Positions 20,476 to 30,271 of a stretch of 64,000 nt of DNA are shown piece after piece; the stretch's first letter is position 1, and each line of letters starts with the position of its first letter. This DNA is from an uncultured Holophaga sp. (GTDB lineage: Bacteria; Acidobacteriota; Holophagae; Holophagales; Holophagaceae). The stretch spans positions 800,001 to 864,000 of the forward strand of contig OY761614.1 of assembly GCA_963664825.1 (NCBI GenBank), in the 5' to 3' direction. The notes below the pieces were generated by a model, which made no database searches, had not been told where the DNA came from, and was given only the letters and a program-made list of their open reading frames with translations. A program made the translations under genes and the position numbers.

Positions 20476-21773
20476 CGACCTTCGATCAGATTGAGCCAAT
20501 CGTTCTTGATCTCCTTGAAACAAAACGAGAATGGCTCAAGACCATTCCTTGGTTGCTCGTCAACCGTGATCTAAACGGTAAGGTTCGGTTGATCGCCCCT
20601 GAGGAGATTTCGGATGATCCGGTAGGGCGCCAAGAGTTGGAGGCGATGGCAGTCACCCTCGCCGAGCGCCTGGGGCCACATTCCTATCCAGCCGACAAGG
20701 CTCTGTTGTTTGAACCTGATCGAAGCGTTGTCTGCCAAGGAGCTCCCCATTTCCGCATCGAAGACCACGAAAACGTCTGGGTAGTGGACCGTCTGGCCAC
20801 CGAAGGCGATTGGGCTTGCATTACCCCTGTATCGAGTGGGGCACCGCGCATTGCCTTCTACTCCATCAAAGGAGGGGTCGGACGATCTACCGCCCTTGCC
20901 GTCACGGCTTGGTGGCTGGCGCAGGCAGGCAAGCGCGTGTTGGTTCTGGATCTAGATCTGGAATCTCCGGGCCTCTCATCCTCGTTGCTGCCTCCCGATC
21001 GCCAACCGGCCTACGGCATCGCCGATTGGTTGGTAGAGGATCTGGTGGACAACGCCAATGACTTGCTTCTGGACATGGTTGCCACCAGCGGGCTCTCCCA
21101 CGACGGCGAGATCTTTGTCGTCCCCGCCCATGGGGTTGAGCCTGGTGATTACGTGGCAAAGCTCGGGCGGGTCTGGATGCCCAAGGTTTCCTTCGGGGGA
21201 ATATCCGAGAATTGGTCTAAGCGTCTTCGCCGCTTGATTGACAACTTGGAAACCCGCCTGGCACCAGATGTCATTTTGATCGATTCCCGTGCCGGAATCG
21301 ATGAAGTTGCCTCCAGTTGTGTGACCGATTTGGGGGCGGGTCTTGTGCTCCTGTTTTCCCTCGAAGGCGCCCAAACCTGGACCGGTTATCGCATTCTTTT
21401 CCAACACTGGTTGAAGCGAGGAGTCGCTGAAGAGATTCGAGAACGTCTCCAAATTGTGGGCTCCATGCTGCCAGAAACCGATCAGATCGAGTACCTCGAA
21501 GGCCTTCGGGACCATGCATACGATCTATTCGCGAATGCCCTCTACGATTCTGTCCCAGCCGGTGAGACGTTCGGTGAGCGGTGGCATTTCGAACCCACAG
21601 ATGATTCCGCACCGCACTATCCTTGGGGTGTGAAGTGGCAGCGGGGCCTTGCGGGGCTGCGATCACTTCATGGTCGACTGGCCGTCCTGGAAGTCCCCGA
21701 GGTCCGGAGCATTTTTGGGCCTCTTCTTGACGGCATCACCTGCGCTGTTGGCATGGAGGATCGCAATGCCTGA
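20472..21773 (+). CDS. ParA/MinD-superfamily ATPase with KGGVGR variant Walker A and unknown N-terminal domain
   Basis: FYSIKGGVGRST, RVLVLDLDLESPGL, DVILIDSRAG; ATGA overlap with the HEPN-like gene. Confidence 0.85.
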   Translation: MTTFDQIEPIVLDLLETKREWLKTIPWLLVNRDLNGKVRLIAPEEISDDPVGRQELEAMAVTLAERLGPHSYPADKALLFEPDRSVVCQGAPHFRIEDHENVWVVDRLATEGDWACITPVSSGAPRIAFYSIKGGVGRSTALAVTAWWLAQAGKRVLVLDLDLESPGLSSSLLPPDRQPAYGIADWLVEDLVDNANDLLLDMVATSGLSHDGEIFVVPAHGVEPGDYVAKLGRVWMPKVSFGGISENWSKRLRRLIDNLETRLAPDVILIDSRAGIDEVASSCVTDLGAGLVLLFSLEGAQTWTGYRILFQHWLKRGVAEEIRERLQIVGSMLPETDQIEYLEGLRDHAYDLFANALYDSVPAGETFGERWHFEPTDDSAPHYPWGVKWQRGLAGLRSLHGRLAVLEVPEVRSIFGPLLDGITCAVGMEDRNA

Positions 21774-23157
21774 TCCCGCTACCTTGCGTGACGCCATTCT
21801 CGCGGCTCCTATCGAGACCAGTAACCACAGTGAGCCTCCCCGGCCGGGTACGCTCTACATCCCCTTGTCCCATCTCAAAGCACTGCGGCTCGATGCCCAC
21901 GTTGTAGTGGGGGGTCGAGGTGTCGGCAAGTCATTTTGGACCGCAGCCTTGGTGTCGCCGCTGCTTCAGGCGACCCTGGGCACTATAGTGAAGGAACTCG
22001 ATGGGCTCGACATCCGCATCGGCTTTCAGAATGACCAATCGGAGAATTATCCGAATGAGGACGCTTTTGAGAAGCTGCTAAATGTCGGCACCGATCCCTA
22101 CGACATTTGGCGGTCCGTCATGCTTCGATGGGTAGCCGAGCGAAATGGATTGTCCCTGCCCAAGGAGACATGGGAGGAAACCGTAGGCTGGCTAAAAATG
22201 AAGCCAGAAGAAGCCGTGCGTGTAATGCGGGCGCCTCGGGACTGGCGCGGGTTGATTGTGTTTGATGCCCTAGACCGCACCAGTAACGACTGGCAGCGGA
22301 TGGACGCCATTGTGCGTGGCCTGCTGCGGGCCATCCTCTGGTTAAAAGCCGAACAAGGCCTGCACACCAAGGTGTTCTTGCGCGAGGACCAAGCCGAGCG
22401 AACGGTCTTCAATTTTCCGGATGCTTCCAAGCTCTTGGCGACCAAGGCGGAACTCACCTGGGCCCGACACGATCTCCATGGCCTACTCTGGCAGCGCTTA
22501 ATCAATGCCCCCGAGGCTCACGGTGAACGGATCCGTGAGATCTGCCCAGCGAGCATGAATGCTGGCTTGTGGCACCTCCCGGAACCCATGAAACGAGAAT
22601 CCGAGGCACAGCGCCAAGCATTCGAATATCTCGCGGGCCCTTGGATGGGAAGGGACAAACGCCGCGGTGTGCCCTATACATGGGCAGTAGGCCATCTCGC
22701 TGATGGTCGCTCCCAGACCTCCCCGCGCTCTTTTCTAGCAGCCATTGCACAGGCAGCCGAAGATTCGCGAGAGCGTTATCCGAACCACGATTACGCACTG
22801 CACTTCGAAAGCCTGAAGCGGGGCATCCAGAGTGCTTCGGAAATCCGAGTCCATGAGGTAGTTGAGGACTACCCCTGGGTCAGCGATGTCCTGGGCGTGC
22901 TCAAGGGGATGAATGTTCCGATCGGGTTCGAGGAAATTCGAGCTAAATGGGCGGAATTCTTCCCGAATGGTCCGCAAGATCTCCTGACCAACCGCCTGCC
23001 TGCACAGCATGCCATGCGAAGCTGGGAGGGCATTTGTGACGACCTGCAGCGATTAGGACTCCTCGAATCCAAAAAGGATGGCCGAATAGATATGCCGGAT
23101 TTGTACCGCGTGGGGTTTAGCTTGGGGCGTAAAGGTGGGGTCGCTCCCAAGGGGTGA
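21766..23157 (+). CDS. STAND-like P-loop NTPase (Sll1717-like) with probable C-terminal winged helix
   Basis: VVVGGRGVGKS Walker A, LIVFDALD Walker B, VFLRED, TSPRSF; GGAGG RBS; 8-nt overlap with upstream gene. Confidence 0.78.
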   Translation: MPDPATLRDAILAAPIETSNHSEPPRPGTLYIPLSHLKALRLDAHVVVGGRGVGKSFWTAALVSPLLQATLGTIVKELDGLDIRIGFQNDQSENYPNEDAFEKLLNVGTDPYDIWRSVMLRWVAERNGLSLPKETWEETVGWLKMKPEEAVRVMRAPRDWRGLIVFDALDRTSNDWQRMDAIVRGLLRAILWLKAEQGLHTKVFLREDQAERTVFNFPDASKLLATKAELTWARHDLHGLLWQRLINAPEAHGERIREICPASMNAGLWHLPEPMKRESEAQRQAFEYLAGPWMGRDKRRGVPYTWAVGHLADGRSQTSPRSFLAAIAQAAEDSRERYPNHDYALHFESLKRGIQSASEIRVHEVVEDYPWVSDVLGVLKGMNVPIGFEEIRAKWAEFFPNGPQDLLTNRLPAQHAMRSWEGICDDLQRLGLLESKKDGRIDMPDLYRVGFSLGRKGGVAPKG

Positions 23158-23497
23158 GGACCGTATCCGTCTCAAGTTTACGGATCAGGTACTCGTCTAA
23201 CCCTAAATCCGCCTCCTGGAAGTGCGTCGCAGGGCATGCTCCGGCATGGCCGCATGTAACCCGACTCCATAGCTACACCACCCCAGCCATTTCCGGCGAG
23301 GCATCCTGGAACCAGGAAACACCCTGCCCGGTTAGGACCAAAGCAAGTGATGGCGAAGGTTTCCGCAGAAAAATGTTGTGACCAGTTGTGTCAGAAACCA
23401 CGAGAAATGGTAGAATTTAGGCTAACCTGCGGGTCTCGTTTTGATCTTCGGATAGATAGCGGAAACCCCCTAAACTTTGCAGCCTAAGGGGTTTGTC

Positions 23498-23574
23498 TGG
23501 TGCAGCCGACTGGAATCGAACCAGCGACCTTTGGCTTCGGAGGCCAACGCTCTATCCAGCTGAGCTACGGCTGC
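23498..23574 (-). tRNA. tRNA-Arg(CCG)
   Basis: Reverse complement GCAGCCGTAGCTCAGCTGGATAGAGCG-TTGGC-CTCCGAA-GCCAA...GGTTCGATTCC...CGGCTGCACCA. Confidence 0.97.
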
Positions 23575-24040
23575 TTCAGGTTCCATCATGCCTTCGAGTG
23601 GCTCCCTCCGCAAGGCGCCCGTGCATGAAGGCCTGGAGTGTGATCCTGTCCTCGGGGCACACTTGGAGGATGCGAACCCCACAAATCCTGATCCCCACCC
23701 TTCTGCTCCCGGTTCTCCTGCAGGCCGCGCCGGAGCGTCTCCAAGCTCCCGATGCGCACTGGAAGACCTTCAAGACAGTCCACTACCGCATCCACTTTCC
23801 GGCCAGTCCGGCTGGGGGCTTCGAACCCTTCGCGCGAGAAATCGCTTCCAAGGTGGAGGGCATCCACGCCCGGGTCACGGAATGGGTGGGCTACGAGGCC
23901 AAGGGTCCCATCGATATCCTGGTGCGGGATCCGGTCATGGACGCCAATGGCATGGCGGTGCCCCTGCTCCAGCGGCCCTTTGTGGAACTCTGGAAGACGC
24001 CCCCTGAGCCCGAATCGGCCATCGGCCACTTCAATAATTG

Positions 24041-25370
24041 GGTTCTTCGCGGATTTGCGTGAAGTAGGTCGGCAGTGGCGGATTTCAGGCATCTTGGGTT
24101 TGTCGAGAACTCGAGATGAAGGAGGCCGCCACTGCCTACCAAAGAGCTTATGTCCCGCTTGGGCGGGTGGAAAGGGCAACGCGTCGGAATCGTGGAGCGC
24201 TTCGAAGCCGGGGTGAAGGGGCCGCGGGCCGAGGTGTGGATCGAGTTGCTTGGGTTCGGCGATCATCCCCGGAAGTGCAGCGGTTGTGGGCATTTCGTGC
24301 GGAGCGTCCACGACTGGTCAGAGCGGGAGATCCGCGACCTTCCGCTGTTCGACGCCGACACAGTCCTAGTGGTGTGGCGGGCTCGAGTAGCCTGCCCCCG
24401 GTGCGGCCCGAAGCTGGAAGCCCTGGACTGGTTGGAGCCCCATGCCCGGATCACGAACCGGCTTGCCGCGAGCGTGGCGCGGCTTTGCAAGGTCATGCCC
24501 ATCAAACAGGTCGCGGAGCACTATGACCTGCACTGGGGCACGGTGAAGGCGATCGACAAGGCTTACCTGGACCGAGAACTTGGGCCCGTGAAGCTGAGCA
24601 AGGCGAGGCTTCTTCTGATGGACGAATTCGCCATCCACAAGGGACAGAGCTATGCCACGGTCATCACGGATGCGGAAACGCGTCGCGTGCTCTGGGTCGG
24701 GAAAGGGCGTGGCCGCGAGGACATCCGCCCGTTCTTCGATCTGATCGGGAAGAAGGGCTGCAAACGGATCCAGGCCGTGGGCATAGACATGTCGGCGGCC
24801 TTCGAAGGCGAAGTCCGGGCGCGCTGTCCCAACGCCGAGATCGTCTACGACCAGTTTCATGTCGTGGCAAAGTACGGCCATGACGTCATCGACCGGATCC
24901 GGGTGGATGAGGCCAATCGATACCGGCACGACAAGGCCTCGCGGGAGCTCGTCAAGGGCGCGAAGTGGCTCCTGCTGGGCAATTGGGAGAACCTGCCGAA
25001 TCGGGATGCCAAAGTCCGCCTCAACGAGTTATTGGACGCGAACCAGCCTCTGATGACCGCCTACGTGCTGAAAGACGCCCTGAAGGCACTGTGGCGCTAC
25101 ACGCGGGAGGGCTGGGCTCTGAAGGCCTGGGAGAACTGGATGGAACTCGCCACCTCAAGTGGACTCCAGCCCCTCGTGAAGTTCGCCAAGAATCTCGCCC
25201 AGCGGATCGACGGAATCCTCTCCCATTGCCGCTGGCCGCTCAATACCAGCGTCCAGGAAGGGATCAACAACAAGATCAAAGTCCTCAAGCGCATCGCCTA
25301 CGGCTACCGGGATGAGGGCTACTTCTTCCTTAAGATCCGTGCGGCCTTCCCCGGAAAAACGTGAAGAACC
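24041..25370 (+). mobile_element. ISL3-family insertion sequence (1330 bp)
   Basis: Terminal IRs GGTTCTTCGCG / CGTGAAGAACC; 8-bp target duplication AATAATTG at 24033-24040 and 25371-25378. Confidence 0.95.
24150..25364 (+). CDS. ISL3-family transposase
   Basis: CSGC/CPRC zinc finger; MDEF, IDMS, YDQFHV, EGINNKIKVLKRIAYGYR motifs. Confidence 0.95.
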   Translation: MSRLGGWKGQRVGIVERFEAGVKGPRAEVWIELLGFGDHPRKCSGCGHFVRSVHDWSEREIRDLPLFDADTVLVVWRARVACPRCGPKLEALDWLEPHARITNRLAASVARLCKVMPIKQVAEHYDLHWGTVKAIDKAYLDRELGPVKLSKARLLLMDEFAIHKGQSYATVITDAETRRVLWVGKGRGREDIRPFFDLIGKKGCKRIQAVGIDMSAAFEGEVRARCPNAEIVYDQFHVVAKYGHDVIDRIRVDEANRYRHDKASRELVKGAKWLLLGNWENLPNRDAKVRLNELLDANQPLMTAYVLKDALKALWRYTREGWALKAWENWMELATSSGLQPLVKFAKNLAQRIDGILSHCRWPLNTSVQEGINNKIKVLKRIAYGYRDEGYFFLKIRAAFPGKT

Positions 25371-27609
25371 AATAATTGGGTGGAGCTGCTGGTGGTCCAC
25401 GAGCTGACCCACATCCATCACATGATGCGTCCCCAGAATCATCCCAATCTCTGGGAGAAATGCCTGGACCTCCCCATCGGCCCGGTAGCCCAGAAGGCGC
25501 CGCGCTGGGTGACGGAGGGCTACGCCACGCTCATCGAGGGCCGCATCACCGGTTCGGGCCGCCCCCACAGTGCCTACCGTGCGGCCGTGCTGCGGCAATG
25601 GGCGCTCCAGGGCAAGCTGCCGGACTATGGCGCCCTTTCCGGCATGGGCGGCTTCCGCGGCGGTTCCATGGCCTATCTGGTGGGCAGTGCCTACCTGGAA
25701 TGGCTGGAGCGCCAGAATGCCCAGGAGCCCGATATCCTGAAGAGATTCTGGAAACAGCTCGCCTCCAAGAAACGCCGGGATTTCGATCCCAGCTTCCGGG
25801 CCACCTTCGGGGTCGGTGCCCGGGACGGCTACGACCGCTGGCGGGCAGAGGTGACCCACGATGCCCTCGCCTTGGAAAGTCGGGCCAAGGGCCTGATCCG
25901 CCAGGGGGAACTCTTCGCCCGGATTCCGGGAGAGGTGACCGATCTGGCCGTGAGCCCCGATGGAACGCGGCTCCTGGCGAGGGTGTTGACGAAGTCCAAG
26001 CCGGGCATCCAGGTCTGGGATCTGGTGGTCAAAGCCGAGGAAGGGAAGGCCACTAAGAAGGCTGATAAATCCGATCCCAACGAGGTCCAGGACCGCAAAC
26101 CCGAATTCATCGCTCCCAAGGTCCTGGCGACCCTCGGCAGGCGGAATGGCGCCTTGCCGCGACATGCCTGGTGGTCCGGGAAGGACCAGATCGGCTTCGA
26201 GCTGCGCACCGCCAACACCGAAGGCGTGCTGAGGCCCCACTTCTTCGTGGCTGATCTCCAAAGCCACCGAGTCAGGGAGGGTGGCGCCCCCGGGGCGCAA
26301 CCGGATTCAGCCATCACCTGGAAGGAACTGAATGGCACCTGGGACCTAGTGAAGCGGCTGCCCGATGGCCGGGAGCAGCGCCTCACCCGCACCCTTGGCG
26401 CGGCCTGGCAGCCCGCTCCCACCCCCGATGGGAAGGCGGTCTACTACGTCCAGCTCTGCGCCACCGGTTGCGAGGTCCGCAGGCTGGATCTCTCTCTCCC
26501 TCCCCTCCCGGATGTGCCGCTGCCCGTGGATGACAAGGCCCTCGCGATCCGCACGATCCTGCCCGCTGCCGACGAGCCGAGCCTCCTTCCACCCCCAGGA
26601 AAAGCGCCGGAGCCTCAAGATTATTCGGTGTGGGATTCGCACTTCACCGGAAGCCGGGTGGGATATACGGCCCTGCCTTCGGCCAAGGGGCTGCAATACG
26701 GCTGGGGAGGCAACGATCTGCTGGGGCGCCTGAACTGGCATGTGCTGGGCGGTTTCGGCGAGGCGGCGGGGCCCCGGGGCGCCACCCTGGGCCTGGCCTA
26801 CCGAGGCTGGCGTTTCGCGCCGAGTCTGGAGGTATTCTCGAACCTGGAGAAGCCCTCGCGCCAGGCATTCGCACCGGTGTCAGGATTCGATCGGGAGCGT
26901 CGGGGAGCGGAATTGGCTTTCACTTGGCAGCAGCTCGGGGCCTGGCCTTTCACGTTCCGACCGGTACTAGCCTGGGAATCCGTGAAGGCTTGCGATGCGG
27001 GCGCGAAAGAGCTGGGGCGTGGCTTCGGGGGGGCCGAGGGGCGAGCCTCGCTGAACCGTTCCCGGGGCGAAGGATGGGGCCTTGGGATGAGCGTGCGCGC
27101 CCAGGGCGGCGCGGGCCGCACGGAGGGTCAGGCCTGGGATTTGGAGCGGGGGGACCTGAGCCTGCGCCTAGGAACCCCCGTGGGGCGCTTCGTGGCCAGG
27201 GTCTCGGAAGGCCGCGTCAATGGTAATCCCACGGCCCTGGACCGCTTCCATCTGGGAGGCCAAGGTTCCAGCCTGGTGCCCGCGAGCCTGGATTGGAACC
27301 GGGTGGAGCAGGTGGCGCTGCCGGACTACCTCCAGACCGGCGACAGGATGCGGTGTTTCCGAGGGGAATTCGGCGACGGGCTGCGCCTCTATCTGGAACA
27401 CCTGGCCGTGTGGAACCAGGGCCAGGGCCGTCCCGCCTACCAGCGCATCGTAGGCGTGGAACTGCCCATCCACGAGATGCTGCCCACGAGTCTGGCTCAG
27501 CTCCTGCTGGGTCATTTCACCTTCACCCTGGGGATCCATCGCACCCTGGATGGGGTAATGAAGGACCGCACCGTTGGAACCTTGAGCCTAGTGCTGCGAC
27601 CCTGAGGAC

Positions 27610-28812
27610 ATGCTGTTTTTCGGGTTGACCCTCCTGATCCTGGGCCTCCAGGCCCTGCATCGGCGCCTGCTGTGCAGGATCCTGCCGACGCGCTGGAGCC
27701 CCTGGATCCCGGGCGTGCTCATCGCGCTGCACCTGCCGCTGGCGGTCTACATGGCATTCCGGCTCATGGGCCTCTCCACCCATCCCCTGGCCCTGGAACT
27801 GCGCCCCCTCTCCCGGGCGGCCCTCTATTTCCAGGTCCTCACCGTCGTAAATCTGCTGGTCTGGGGCATGGCCTCGGCATTCTGGGCCTTCCGGATCTGG
27901 GTCAAGGAGGCCCCCCGCACGCTCCCGGATGATCCTTCGCGCCGTCACTTCCTCCAGGGAGGCGCCGCCGCCAGTCTGGGTGTCCTGGTCGTCACCAGTG
28001 GGGCTGGGGTTCGGGCGGCCTATGGCGACCCTGAAGTGACCCGCTTGGAGATTCCTCTCCAGGATCTGCCTCCAGGCTTCGATGGCCTGCGCATCGCGCA
28101 TCTCACGGATATGCATGCCGGGCCCCTGGTGCATGCCTCGCTGCTGCGCCGGTGGCGCGTGATGGCCGAGCGGGAGAGACCCGAACTGCTCCTCTTCACC
28201 GGGGACTTCGTGGATAGCCTGCCCCGGGAGATCGAGCCGCTGCTGGAGGCCTTCCGGGATTTCCCGGCGCCCCTGGGCCGTTTCGCCATCCTGGGTAACC
28301 ACGATTATTTCACGGATCCGCGGCCCATCTGGGCGGCGCTGGAGCGCAGCGGCATCGTCTGTCTGGAAAACCGCCATGTCATCCTTCCACGTGGCGGCGA
28401 GCGGATCGCGCTCTTCGGCCTCCAGGACCCCATGGCCCGGGATGGAAGGCTCCAGGGCATCCGGTTCGGCCCGGGGCCCATGCCCCAGGACGTAGCCCTG
28501 GCCCTGCCTCCGGAACTCTGGCGGATGGCCATGGTGCACCGCCCCAGCAACTGGAACCTGGCTCGGGAAGCCGGGGCCCAGTTCACCCTCGCGGGCCACA
28601 CCCATGGCGGCCAGATCAATCCAATCCCCGGCGTGAATAGCGCCACCCTGCTGGGCCCCTTCACCCATGGTCTGTATCGCCAGGAGGGACGGGCTCTTTA
28701 CGTGAGTCGAGGCCTCGGTGTTGTGGGCATCCCGTTGCGCATCGCCGCCCCCCCCGAACTGGCCATTCTCACCCTGCGTCGAGCCGAAAATCCCGCTTTG
28801 CGTCCCGCCTGA
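27610..28812 (+). CDS. Membrane-anchored calcineurin-like metallophosphoesterase (YkuE/YaeI-like)
   Basis: DMH, GDFVD, GNHD, GHTHGGQ, YVSRGLG; N-terminal TM helices; SRRHFL. Confidence 0.9.
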   Translation: MLFFGLTLLILGLQALHRRLLCRILPTRWSPWIPGVLIALHLPLAVYMAFRLMGLSTHPLALELRPLSRAALYFQVLTVVNLLVWGMASAFWAFRIWVKEAPRTLPDDPSRRHFLQGGAAASLGVLVVTSGAGVRAAYGDPEVTRLEIPLQDLPPGFDGLRIAHLTDMHAGPLVHASLLRRWRVMAERERPELLLFTGDFVDSLPREIEPLLEAFRDFPAPLGRFAILGNHDYFTDPRPIWAALERSGIVCLENRHVILPRGGERIALFGLQDPMARDGRLQGIRFGPGPMPQDVALALPPELWRMAMVHRPSNWNLAREAGAQFTLAGHTHGGQINPIPGVNSATLLGPFTHGLYRQEGRALYVSRGLGVVGIPLRIAAPPELAILTLRRAENPALRPA

Positions 28813-28843
28813 ACCAAGCTAGACTTGGGGTTCGTTCGACCGT

Positions 28844-28918
28844 GGCCCCATCGTCTAGCGGTTAGGACGCCGCCCTCTCACGGCGGTAGCATGGGTTCGA
28901 GTCCCATTGGGGCTACCA
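28844..28918 (+). tRNA. tRNA-Glu(CUC)
   Basis: GGCCCCA/TGGGGCT acceptor, CCGCC-CTCTCAC-GGCGG anticodon arm, GGTTCGAGTCC, CCA. Confidence 0.97.
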
Positions 28919-28921
28919 ACA

Positions 28922-28950
28922 AACACCCTAGAGGAATCTAGGGTGTTCTT
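28922..28950 (+). terminator. Intrinsic terminator after tRNA-Glu(CUC)
   Basis: AACACCCTAGA-GGAA-TCTAGGGTGTT hairpin. Confidence 0.75.
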
Positions 28951-29118
28951 GTATATAGGCGGCATTATTTTGGGTGAGGAGCCAAGCACCCGCCAGGGGG
29001 TCCCCTTTTCGCGTTGCACCAGACCGGGGATCACCGATCCTTGGGGCTACCCGGTATGCCGTTTATCCTCCTTTGGCGAGTCGAGGTTTCAGCCATGCGG
29101 AAACCCAGAGAAAACGCT

Positions 29119-29310
29119 ATGACACCGCGGTGTGCCTGGTGTGCCCTGATCCGGGTGGGTCAGACCTGGAAACCGGAGCGGAGAAGTGCCTTTGAGGTGA
29201 TCTACACCCATGGGATCTGTGACAGGTGCATGGCCCGCCTGCTGCGGGAAGGAAACCAACCCAGTGCCATCAAGTGGTTTACATCTGAGGGCCCCGGGTG
29301 CAATGTTTGA
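29119..29310 (+). CDS. Small CxxC...HGICxxC zinc-ribbon-like protein
   Basis: MTPRCAWCALIR...YTHGICDRC, 63 aa. Confidence 0.6.
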   Translation: MTPRCAWCALIRVGQTWKPERRSAFEVIYTHGICDRCMARLLREGNQPSAIKWFTSEGPGCNV

Positions 29311-29420
29311 CCGTCACCTGCTTCCATACGAGACATCGAGGGCAATCCACCGGGAGAGTCTAGCGATCGGTAAGAACCGCGCCTATCTTGGGATGGGCCG
29401 TTCCCCTGGAGCCGTCACCC

Positions 29421-29798
29421 ATGAAAGCGTCCAATCAGCGGGAATTCACCCGAGTGCCCACCCGAGTCCAGGCCGAAGTGAAGGGAGGAGGGCTCACCAT
29501 CACCGGTGTAGCCGCGGAGACCCTCAGTCTGAAGGGCATGTTCGTGAACTGCGCCGAGCAGCTGCCCGTAGGCACAGCCTGCCAGATCACCCTCTTCCTG
29601 GGGGAAGGCGATATCCAGATCCAGGCCGAAGGCCAGGTCGTCCACAGCTACCCCGAGGGCATAGCCCTCCAGTTCAGTCGGATCCTCGGCCTGGAAAGCT
29701 TCGAACACCTTCGGAAGCTGGTCCTCTACAACGCCCCGGATCCAAGCCTCGTGGAGAGCGAGTTCCTGAGTTCCACAGGCATCCACAGGAAGGCCTGA
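29421..29798 (+). CDS. PilZ-domain protein
   Basis: REFTR (RxxxR), TLSLKG (variant D/NxSxxG), GIALQF; GGAG RBS. Confidence 0.85.
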   Translation: MKASNQREFTRVPTRVQAEVKGGGLTITGVAAETLSLKGMFVNCAEQLPVGTACQITLFLGEGDIQIQAEGQVVHSYPEGIALQFSRILGLESFEHLRKLVLYNAPDPSLVESEFLSSTGIHRKA

Positions 29799-29809
29799 GG
29801 GCTTTTCAC

Positions 29810-29930
29810 CGCGAAGAGCACTAAGGAAGCGAAGGGACGCGAATGGGAATCCCTTGGCTGTTTTCATTGCTTCGCGCTCTTAGCCCCTTCGCGGCCTTCG
29901 CGTTCTATCCTTTCCTGATGTCGAGAACCC
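29810..29930 (+). repeat. Direct repeat copy 1 (palindrome with ~9-nt periodic arms, then TATCCT-N6-ATG)
   Basis: Aligns by hand to 32851-32971 with about 9 substitutions and 2 single-base indels. Confidence 0.9.
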
Positions 29931-30271
29931 GCTCACTCCGGTGATTTCACCGATCAGGTTGAAAATAGTTAGTAAATCGGGTTCGCGGAACCAGAGCGTC
30001 CGCATGGGTCGGCGCGATCACGCGCAACCCGATTTACGGTCTTGGACAAGCCCGGAGCGGCAGGGGGCGGCGCGACCGGACTATGGGCAAATCGAACTTG
30101 GCCGGTCGCCTTGGAGGGACCTGATCGGCTGACCGTGGGTGGGCATGCTCACTGATGTCCTTGTTGAAACCGGGCCGGAGTCCGCGCCAGTCATTCCGAG
30201 GCAGGCCCCTGGCCACCGATCGAACCTCGACAGGTCAGGGCAGGACTGACTGGGCGTTGTGGGGAAGATAA

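Larger units (their letters stand above)
19640..23470. mobile_element. Horizontally acquired island between tRNA-Glu and tRNA-Arg (no intact integrase)
   Basis: Visibly more A/T-ending codons than the flanks; bounded by 3' ends of two convergent tRNAs; short tandem repeats near both ends; boundaries approximate. Confidence 0.6.
23670..27605 (+). pseudogene. IS-disrupted secreted gluzincin-type (HExxH) peptidase with TolB-like repeats and probable C-terminal beta-barrel
   Basis: Removing the IS and one TSD copy joins 23670-24040 to 25379-27605 in frame (...GHFNNW|VELLVVHELTH...WVTEG), 865 aa; signal peptide; SPDG/TPDG repeats. Confidence 0.85.

Noticed and set aside
20472..21773. Plasmid or chromosome partition system
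   Set aside because: No parB/parS or rep gene; the deviant KGGVGR motif, extra domains and operon context argue against partitioning
23221..23345. Degenerate integrase C-terminus (HVTRLHSYTT, then LGPK in another frame) next to tRNA-Arg
   Set aside because: Resemblance to HxLRHS...LGH is too weak to call by eye; needs tblastn or a frameshift-aware HMM
19575..23520. attL/attR duplication of a tRNA 3' end around the island
   Set aside because: I found no second copy of the tRNA-Glu or tRNA-Arg 3' end by eye
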